Shown: positions 57,655 through 64,000 of the stretch, piece by piece
Layout of the letters: each line of letters starts with the position of its first letter
Numbering within the stretch: the stretch's first letter is position 1
Source: an uncultured Actinomycetota bacterium
GTDB lineage: Bacteria > Actinomycetota > Actinomycetes > JACCUZ01
Direction of reading: 5' to 3'
DNA: 64,000 nt
Assembly: GCA_963807005.1 (NCBI GenBank)
Contig: CAWDZK010000006.1
Location: 558,875-622,874, forward strand
The notes under the pieces: generated by a model
The model's database searches: none
What the model saw: only the letters and a program-made list of their open reading frames with translations
What the model was told of the DNA's origin: nothing
Position numbers and translations under genes: made by a program

Positions 57655-58429
57655 GCGTCCGACCATCGCCGAGCTGCGGGCGGTGACCCAGCCGGAGTCG
57701 GTGACCGGTCGCCGCAACGCCGAGCACTGGACGGGCGACCTCTACCAGCGCCGGCTCTCGCCGTACCTCACCCGGGTGCTCGTCGGGACGGCGATCACGG
57801 CCAACGGGGTGACCGTCCTCATGATCGTCACCGGCGCGGCAGCCGGTGCGGCCCTGCTGCTGCCCGGCCTGCTCGGGGCGGTCCTGGCCGCCCTGCTGGG
57901 CCAGCTGCAGATGCTCTGGGACTGCTGCGACGGCGAGGTGGCCCGCTGGCGGAAGACGTTCTCGCCGACGGGGTTCTTCCTGGACAAGCTCGGGCACACG
58001 GTCGCCGAGACCGCCGTGCCGCTCGCGCTCGGCGTCCGCGCCGACGGCGGGTTCGACTCGCTGGGCGGCTGGACCACGCTCGGTGCCGTCCTCGCCGTCC
58101 TGGTGCTCGTCAACAAGTCGCTCAACGACGCCGTGCACGTGGCCCGCGCCGCCAACGGGCTGCCCCGGCTCCAGGACCGCGAGGACGAGGCGGCCTCCCG
58201 TGTCTCCTCCGTGCGACGGCTCCGCTCGCTCGCGCGGTTCGTGCCGTTCCACCGCGTCTTCCACTCGATCGAGATGACCTTGCTCGCGCTGGTCGCCGGG
58301 GTCGTCGACGCGGCGACAGGCGGTGGGCTGGACGCCACCCGCGTCCTGGTGGGCGTCCTCGTGCCGGTGGCCCTGGTCACGGTGGCCGGCCACCTGGCCG
58401 CCATCCTGACCTCCAGCCGGCTGCGATGA
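57647..58429 (+). CDS. CDP-alcohol phosphatidyltransferase-family membrane protein
   Basis: GTG overlapping the upstream stop. LGQLQMLWDCCDGEVARWRKTFSPTGFFLDKLGHTVAE (CDP-OH_P_transf motif). Confidence 0.75.
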   Translation: MPERPTIAELRAVTQPESVTGRRNAEHWTGDLYQRRLSPYLTRVLVGTAITANGVTVLMIVTGAAAGAALLLPGLLGAVLAALLGQLQMLWDCCDGEVARWRKTFSPTGFFLDKLGHTVAETAVPLALGVRADGGFDSLGGWTTLGAVLAVLVLVNKSLNDAVHVARAANGLPRLQDREDEAASRVSSVRRLRSLARFVPFHRVFHSIEMTLLALVAGVVDAATGGGLDATRVLVGVLVPVALVTVAGHLAAILTSSRLR

Positions 58430-59292
58430 GCCTGCCGACCGTCGGCGCCGTCGTGCTGAGCATGGGCACCCGGCCGGTGGACTTCCCGCGAGCGCTGGAG
58501 TCGCTGCTCGCGCAGCAGGGCGTCGACCTCGATGTCGTCGTCGTCGGCAACGGCTGGGAACCGGTGGGTCTCCCGGCCGGCGTGCGTACGGTGCACCTGC
58601 CGGAGAACGTCGGCATCCCGGAGGGCCGCAACGTCGGGGCCGCCGAGGCCCGGGGCGAGGTGTTGTTCTTCTACGACGACGACGCCTACCTCCCCACCGA
58701 CGACGTGCTGGCGCGGCTGTGCGACGTGCTCGCCCGGGACGAGACGATCGCCGTCGCCCAGCCACGCCCGCTGGACCCCGAGGGCAAGCCGTCGCCGAGG
58801 CGGTGGGTGCCGCGACCCGGCGGCCGGGACCCGCTGCGTGCGGGGGAGGTCGGCTGGTTCTGGGAGGGCACGTTCGTCATCCGGCGGGCCGCCTTCGAGC
58901 GGGTCGGCGGCTGGCCCGGGCACTTCTTCTACGGTCACGAGAGCATCGACCTGGTCTGGCGGCTGTACGACGCGGGGTACGTCGTCCGGTACGAGCCGGA
59001 CGTGGTCATGAACCACCCGGCCACCTCACCCGCGCGGCACGACGTGTACTACCGCAACAACGCCCGCAACCGGGTCTGGGTCGCCCGGCGGAACCTTCCG
59101 TGGCCCCTGCTCGTGGTCTATCTCGCCGTCTGGACCGCGATCACCGTGCTGCGGGTCAGGTCACCCCGGCTGCTGGCCGTCTGGTTCTCGGGCTTCCGCG
59201 AGGGCTGGGGACCGGGGGCCGGTCCACGGCGACCGATCCGCTGGCGGACCGTCTGGCGCCTCACCCGCGCCGGCCGACCGCCCGTCATCTGA
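58426..59292 (+). CDS. Family 2 glycosyltransferase
   Basis: MSLPTVGAVVLSMGTRPVDFPRALESLLAQQGVDLDVVVVGNGWEP...VGIPEGRNVGA...LFFYDDDAYL. Confidence 0.8.
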   Translation: MSLPTVGAVVLSMGTRPVDFPRALESLLAQQGVDLDVVVVGNGWEPVGLPAGVRTVHLPENVGIPEGRNVGAAEARGEVLFFYDDDAYLPTDDVLARLCDVLARDETIAVAQPRPLDPEGKPSPRRWVPRPGGRDPLRAGEVGWFWEGTFVIRRAAFERVGGWPGHFFYGHESIDLVWRLYDAGYVVRYEPDVVMNHPATSPARHDVYYRNNARNRVWVARRNLPWPLLVVYLAVWTAITVLRVRSPRLLAVWFSGFREGWGPGAGPRRPIRWRTVWRLTRAGRPPVI

Positions 59293-59353
59293 GCAGGACC
59301 CGGGACCTAGAGTGGGACGCCGCCACCGGCCCGCGGACGAGGGAGGAGAGCTC

Positions 59354-62161
59354 GTGGACGCCCCGGACGTGTCGGTGGTCGTCATCTGCTTCAACGACCG
59401 CGCGAACCTGCCCCGTGCCGTGCGCTCGGCCCTGGGCCAGACGCTGCGCAACCTCGAGGTGCTGGTCGTGGACGACGCCTCGACGGACGGCTCCGCCGAC
59501 GTCGCCGACGAGCTGGCGCGCACCGACGACCGGGTGACGGTGGTCCGGCTCCCCGAGAACAGCGGCGGCTGCAGCCGACCGCGCAACACCGGCATCGACC
59601 GGGCCCGCGGTCGCTACGTGATGTTCCTCGACAGCGACGACTACTACGAGCGGCACGCCTGCAAGAACCTGCTGCTCGCCGCCGAGCGGACCGGCGCGGA
59701 GGTCGCCGCCGGCCGGGTGGTCCGGGAGAACCTCACCCGCGGCCGGCGCACCGACTGGGCCAAGGACCTGTACTCCGGCCGCGCGTTCTACCGCGGCGTG
59801 CGCGACAACCCACACCTGTTCTTCGACCCGCTCTCGACCAACAAGATCTACCGCCGGGACTTCCTGGACCGCCACCGGATCCGGTTCCCCGAGGGCGTGC
59901 ACTACGAGGACTCGATGTTCTCCACCGAGGTCTACTGCCAGGCCGAGGGCATCGCGATCATCCCGAACGACGTCTACTACTGGCGCGTGGTCGAGGACGC
60001 CGAGGAGGCGTCGATCACCCAGCGCCGGCACGAGTTCGAGAACTTCCGCGACCGGATCGCCGTGCACCGGATGATGGACGAGTACCTGCGTGCGCACGGG
60101 GCCGGGGACCTCAAGCCGTTCAAGGACTTCAAGTTCGTGCGGCACGACCTCAAGCTCTACCTCACCGACCTCGCCTACCGGGACGAGGACTACCAGCAGA
60201 AGTTCATCCGGTTGGCCGCCGAGTACCTCGACACGGTCAGCGACAAGACGCTCGCGCTGGCCTACCCGCTGGAGCGGATCTGCGTCCACATGATTCGGCG
60301 GCTCGACATCGAGGAGACGCTGCGCACCGTCGACTACCTGCGCTACGGCTTCAAGCTCTCCACCGACCTCGTGCAGCGCGACGGCCGGGTCTACTGGTCG
60401 GCGAAGTACCTCGACACGGCTGAGGACCGGGCGGTCATGGACGTCACCGAGATGGGCTTCCACCGGCTGCCGTTCTCGCGGCTGAACTTCCACAACCAGG
60501 TGACCGCGGCCGCGGTCGAGGGCAGCCGGCTGGACATCGAGGGTGAGGTCGTCAACCAGCTCGGCCGGCTGGGCGCGGGGGAGGGTCTGCGGCTCGCCGT
60601 CTCCCTCCGCAACCGGGGCAGCGCCCGGCGGCGTACCCATCCGGTGACCGACTGGACCCTGGACGGGTCGCGGCTGCGCTACCGGACCGTGATCGACCTG
60701 TCCCGAGCACTCGGGCCGCTCGACCAGCGCGAGCCGCTGTGGGACCTCCGGCTCGAGATCACCAAGGACGGCGAGACCAGCATCACGACCTTCGCCGTCG
60801 ACCCCACCCTGGTCACTGGCGCGCCGATCCGGGTGCGTGCCCGGCTGGGCGGCGTCGGCGTCGGCTGGGTGCAGCCGTTCGTCACCAGCAAGCTCAACCT
60901 GTCGTTCCAGCAGGCCCCGGACAACGTCAGCTCGGTCGCAGCGGCGCGCTCGAGCCGGGCGGTCGGCCGGGCCCTGCACGGGGTCCGCTGGCGGTCGAGC
61001 CGGGCGGTCGGGAACAACACCGCGCTCAAGGCGCTCGCCTACAAGGTCCTGAGGCGACTGCCTGTGGTTCCCGGGCTGGTCGTCTTCGAGTCGCACATGG
61101 GTGGGCAGTACTCCGACAGCCCGCGCTACATCTACGAAGCGGCTGTCGAGGCAGGGCTGGACCGCCTCGGTCTCCGGCCCGTCTGGTCCTACGCCAGGCG
61201 ACCGGACGGGTTCCCCACCGACTGCCGGCTGGTGCGGCGCGAGAGCTGGCGCTACGTCCACGACATGGCGCGCGCCGAGCTGTGGGTCGACAACCAGGGA
61301 TTCCCACGTGCGTACACCCGACGGCCCGAGACGACCTACGTCCAGACCTGGCACGGCACGCCGCTGAAGCGGATGGGTTTCGACTCACCCGCGCTGGAGC
61401 GCGCCAGCGCCGCCACCCGCCGGACGCACAAGGCCATGATGAAGCGCTGGAGCGCCCTTCTGGTGCCCAGCGAGTACTTCGTCGAGACCTTCGTGCAGTC
61501 CTACGGGTACCAGGGCGCCCTCGTGCGGGCCGGGCTGCCGCGCAACGACCTGCTGGTGCGAGGGGTGGACCAGGAGTGGGTCGACGCCAAGAAGCGTGAG
61601 CTCGGGCTGCCCACCGACCGTCGCCTGGTGCTGTACTGCCCGACCTTCCGCGACCGGGCCCGACGGCTCGAGACGCCGTACGACCTGCCGATCGACCTGG
61701 AGCAGGCGCGCCGCCTGATCGGGGACGACGTCCACCTGTTGCTCCGCACGCACTACCTGGACTCGTACAAGCTCTCGAACCGGTTCGCGCCGTTCGCTGC
61801 GGACGTCTCCAAGCACCACGACGTGACCGAGCTGATGCTCATCGCCGACGTGCTGGTGACCGACTACTCCTCGGTGATGTTCGACTTCGCCAACACCGGC
61901 AAGCCGATGGTGTTCTACACCTACGACTACGAGGACTACGTGCGGGACGAGCGCGGCACCTACCTCGATCTGACGGAGATCGCACCCGGACCGATGGTGG
62001 AGACGACCGAGACGCTCGTTGCCGCCCTGCGCAGCGTCGACGAGGATGTCGAGAAGTACAGGGAGCGGTACAGCGCGTTCCGGCAGCGCTTCTGCGAGTA
62101 CGAGACCGGCCATGCCGCTGAGCACGTCGTCGAGCAGTTCTTCCAACGGGGCCGCGGGTGA
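59354..62161 (+). CDS. Bifunctional GT2 glycosyltransferase / CDP-glycerol glycerophosphotransferase (TagF-like) fusion
   Basis: GTG 59354 with GGGAGGAGA RBS (ORF extends to 59312). N-terminus VSVVVICFNDRANLPRAVRSALGQTLRNLEVLVVDDASTDGS...FLDSDD (GT2). C-terminus ...QTWHGTPLKRMGFD...LYCPTFRD...LLRTHYL...DYSSVMFDFANTGKPMVFYTYDYEDY (TagF core). Confidence 0.8.
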   Translation: MDAPDVSVVVICFNDRANLPRAVRSALGQTLRNLEVLVVDDASTDGSADVADELARTDDRVTVVRLPENSGGCSRPRNTGIDRARGRYVMFLDSDDYYERHACKNLLLAAERTGAEVAAGRVVRENLTRGRRTDWAKDLYSGRAFYRGVRDNPHLFFDPLSTNKIYRRDFLDRHRIRFPEGVHYEDSMFSTEVYCQAEGIAIIPNDVYYWRVVEDAEEASITQRRHEFENFRDRIAVHRMMDEYLRAHGAGDLKPFKDFKFVRHDLKLYLTDLAYRDEDYQQKFIRLAAEYLDTVSDKTLALAYPLERICVHMIRRLDIEETLRTVDYLRYGFKLSTDLVQRDGRVYWSAKYLDTAEDRAVMDVTEMGFHRLPFSRLNFHNQVTAAAVEGSRLDIEGEVVNQLGRLGAGEGLRLAVSLRNRGSARRRTHPVTDWTLDGSRLRYRTVIDLSRALGPLDQREPLWDLRLEITKDGETSITTFAVDPTLVTGAPIRVRARLGGVGVGWVQPFVTSKLNLSFQQAPDNVSSVAAARSSRAVGRALHGVRWRSSRAVGNNTALKALAYKVLRRLPVVPGLVVFESHMGGQYSDSPRYIYEAAVEAGLDRLGLRPVWSYARRPDGFPTDCRLVRRESWRYVHDMARAELWVDNQGFPRAYTRRPETTYVQTWHGTPLKRMGFDSPALERASAATRRTHKAMMKRWSALLVPSEYFVETFVQSYGYQGALVRAGLPRNDLLVRGVDQEWVDAKKRELGLPTDRRLVLYCPTFRDRARRLETPYDLPIDLEQARRLIGDDVHLLLRTHYLDSYKLSNRFAPFAADVSKHHDVTELMLIADVLVTDYSSVMFDFANTGKPMVFYTYDYEDYVRDERGTYLDLTEIAPGPMVETTETLVAALRSVDEDVEKYRERYSAFRQRFCEYETGHAAEHVVEQFFQRGRG

Positions 62162-63312
62162 GCCGTACCGACCGGCCGCGCGACATCTTCCTCGTGGCCA
62201 ACAACATCGAGGAGCTCGGCGGCGTCCAGCGCGTCACGCACAACCTCGCCACGATGCTGCACGAGCGGGGCCACCGGGTGACCGTTGTCGGCATCCAGCA
62301 CGCCACCGAGGCGCACGACTACGGTGACCGGCCCTACCGCTGGCTGACGCTCAATGAGGAGAGGGAGCCGCCGCCGCCGAAGAAGGTGGCCGGCGCGCTC
62401 CGGCGGCTCGACCCGCGGGTCCGGGCTGCCCAGCGGGCGCACGACGAGGCTCGCCGCGCCGCGGTGGACCGGCTGTCCGCGGTGTTCGCCGGGGCCGAGG
62501 AGGGCGTGGTCGTCTGCATGCAGATCTGGTCGATGAACTGGGTCGGCCCGGCTGCGACCGACCACCTCCACGTCATCGGCATGAGCCACGAGTCGTTCGA
62601 CGCGACCCTCGGCTCGACCCGCTGGGAGCGGGTGCAGCAGTGGTACCGCGACGTCGACCTGCTCCTGCTGCTCACCGAGCACGACGCGGCCCGGTTCGAG
62701 CTCGAGGGGTTCAACAACGTCGGGGTGATGCACAACTCGCTGTCGTTCTACCCGGAGAAGGGCAGCGACCTCACCGCGCCGGTCGTCGTGGCGGCCGGCC
62801 GGCTGGCGCCGGAGAAGGGCTACGACCGGCTGGTCGAGGCCTTCGCCCGGGTCGCGGACCGGCACCCGGGCTGGCTGCTGCGCATCTACGGGACCGGACC
62901 CCTGCAGGCGGCGCTGCAGAAGCAGGTCGCCGCCTCCGGGCTGTCCGGCCGGGTCGAGCTGCCCGGGCTGGCCGACGACATCGAGCAGGCGCTGCTCGAC
63001 TCGTCGGTCTTCGCCCTGTCCTCGATCCACGAGGGGCTGCCGATGGCGCTCGCGGAGGGGATGGCCTGCGGCCTGGCCTGCGTCGCCTTCGACTGCGCCC
63101 CCGGCGTACGGGAGATGGTGACCGACGGCGTCGACGGCATCGTCGTGCCCCCGCGCAACGTCGAGGCCCTGGCCGCCGGTCTGGACCGGCTGATGGGCGA
63201 CGAGGCGGTGCGTCGGTCCTACGGCGAGGCCGCCCGTCGGAGCATCACCCGGTTCGCCCCGGACGAGGTACTGGCCCAGTGGGAGGCCGTCTTCGCCCTC
63301 GTCGAGCGGTGA
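62158..63312 (+). CDS. Family 4 (GT-B) glycosyltransferase
   Basis: GTGA overlap with upstream stop. ...AGRLAPEKGYDRLVEAFARVADRHPGWLLRIYGTGPLQAALQ...SSIHEGLPMALAEGMACGLACVAFDCAPG. Confidence 0.85.
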   Translation: MSRTDRPRDIFLVANNIEELGGVQRVTHNLATMLHERGHRVTVVGIQHATEAHDYGDRPYRWLTLNEEREPPPPKKVAGALRRLDPRVRAAQRAHDEARRAAVDRLSAVFAGAEEGVVVCMQIWSMNWVGPAATDHLHVIGMSHESFDATLGSTRWERVQQWYRDVDLLLLLTEHDAARFELEGFNNVGVMHNSLSFYPEKGSDLTAPVVVAAGRLAPEKGYDRLVEAFARVADRHPGWLLRIYGTGPLQAALQKQVAASGLSGRVELPGLADDIEQALLDSSVFALSSIHEGLPMALAEGMACGLACVAFDCAPGVREMVTDGVDGIVVPPRNVEALAAGLDRLMGDEAVRRSYGEAARRSITRFAPDEVLAQWEAVFALVER

Positions 63313-63468
63313 GGACCTGCCCCCCTTCCGGCGAGGTGGAATCGGCGGCACGCTACGCCGGGCCGAGCTGCCGTCGAGTCAACAGAGGCACATATGCGTG
63401 GGCTCGCCGGACTAGTCTTGACGTCAGCGAGTCGCCCCCGCGGAGCGCCAGTGACCAGGGAGGTCACC

Positions 63469-63705
63469 ATGCCGGCAGCCCATAGGCCTGAGGAAGGTCA
63501 ACCGCCCGCGTCCGAGCTGTTCCGCGCATCTGAGTTGGACCATCACTCAGAGGTGGTGATGGAGGTGCGCGACGTCACGAAGCCGAGGCAGTACGGGTTT
63601 CCGATGCCGACGGGGACCGACACGGCGTGGAGGATCGTGTTCCCGATCACCTATGACCGCGTGCTGGACCAGTTGGAAGGCATCGAGAGCGGCGAGGACG
63701 AATAG
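63469..63705 (+). CDS. Small hypothetical protein in lower-GC terminal region
   Basis: ATG with AGGGAGG RBS. MPAAHRPEEGQPPASELFRASELDHHSEVVMEVRDVTKPRQYGFPMPTGTDTAWRIVFPITYDRVLDQLEGIESGEDE. No family recognised. Confidence 0.3.
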   Translation: MPAAHRPEEGQPPASELFRASELDHHSEVVMEVRDVTKPRQYGFPMPTGTDTAWRIVFPITYDRVLDQLEGIESGEDE

Positions 63706-63853
63706 CCCGTGAAGGTCGCGTCGCTAGGCATCGTGCGCTCCGCTCCCGTGACCGCAAGGACGGTTGAACCGGTATCGGCGCCCAGACGACCAACACGGCG
63801 ACCACGCCCGTCACCGTCACCGTAAGTGTGCAGTTTCACGAGGGTGGCACCGG

Positions 63854-63923
63854 CCAGTTGCACGGCGCCACGGCCGTTGCTCGGTGCCAGGAGTTGCCTC
63901 CGGTCGCCAGTTGCACAGCGCCA
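63854..63923. repeat. Two 17-nt near-identical direct repeats CCAGTTGCAC(G/A)GCGCCA about 53 bp apart in a lower-GC region at the window end
   Basis: Seen directly at 63854-63870 and 63907-63923. Confidence 0.6.
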
Positions 63924-64000
63924 GGCAGTTCGTCAGTGCCAAGTCCAGCGCCTGCCTCAGACGGTCCCCAGACGCCGGCAGCCGCCTCACCTGGGAGCGC

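Noticed and set aside
55711-61354. Several long minus-strand ORFs (55711..57717, 57170..58765, 59285..61354)
   Set aside because: Antisense to well-supported CDP-alcohol transferase, GT2 and TagF genes. Translations are Arg/Gly/Pro-rich artefacts.
1-64000. Scan for CRISPR arrays, rRNA and tRNA genes
   Set aside because: No regularly spaced repeat-spacer structure and no conserved rRNA or tRNA sequence features were seen anywhere in the window.

Overview
This window is a 64-kb, very high-GC (about 72%) stretch of actinobacterial-type chromosome. No rRNA, tRNA or CRISPR array was recognised. Alternate-frame and antisense ORFs in the track are almost all GC-driven artefacts, so gene calls rest on recognisable protein families, start-codon/RBS context and stop-start coupling.

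From left to right the window contains:
- A partial acyl-CoA carboxylase carboxyltransferase gene.
- Two tandem paralogous small membrane proteins, a large zinc-ribbon polytopic membrane protein, and an OmpR/histidine-kinase two-component pair.
- GtrA, an acyl-CoA dehydrogenase, purK-purE, a DUF1697 gene, and an XRE regulator next to a decayed DUF2975 gene.
- A minus-strand block: secreted glycoside-hydrolase-like protein, CoA-binding protein and UDP-glucose 6-dehydrogenase.
- A second acyl-CoA dehydrogenase, a DM13-domain membrane protein, a frameshifted LAL-type LuxR regulator, an orphan ECF sigma factor, and a GH63-like glucosidase coupled to folE.
- An eight-gene translationally coupled oxidative operon (SDR, cyclase, GMC oxidoreductase, gluconolactonase-like, GlcG-GlcG-cupin fusion, large SMP-30/LRE protein, redoxin, glyoxalase).
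- A DUF222/HNH (REP13E12-like) gene flanked by 45-bp direct repeats.
- A cation/H+ antiporter, an Lpd-like flavoprotein, an EamA transporter, and a GH15 trehalase/glucoamylase-like gene.
- An ECF sigma factor followed by two tandem RsrA-like zinc anti-sigma factors.
- From about 41 kb to 63.3 kb, a cell-envelope glycopolymer (teichoic-acid-like) locus: two LCP ligases, two TagF-like CDP-glycerol glycerophosphotransferases, a nucleotidyltransferase plus glycerol-1-phosphate-dehydrogenase-like pair, a TagGH-like ABC exporter, two CDP-alcohol phosphatidyltransferases, GT2/GT4 glycosyltransferases, a GDPD and an F420-type LLM oxidoreductase.

The most unusual feature sits between the two LCP genes. 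It is a gene pair: an acidic protein built from two ~80-aa Ala/Asn/Asp-rich repeats, followed 14 nt downstream by a large protein fusing a PqqD-like (RiPP-recognition-element-like) domain to an M50 intramembrane metalloprotease and a Cys-containing, Ser/Thr/Pro-tailed extracytoplasmic domain.
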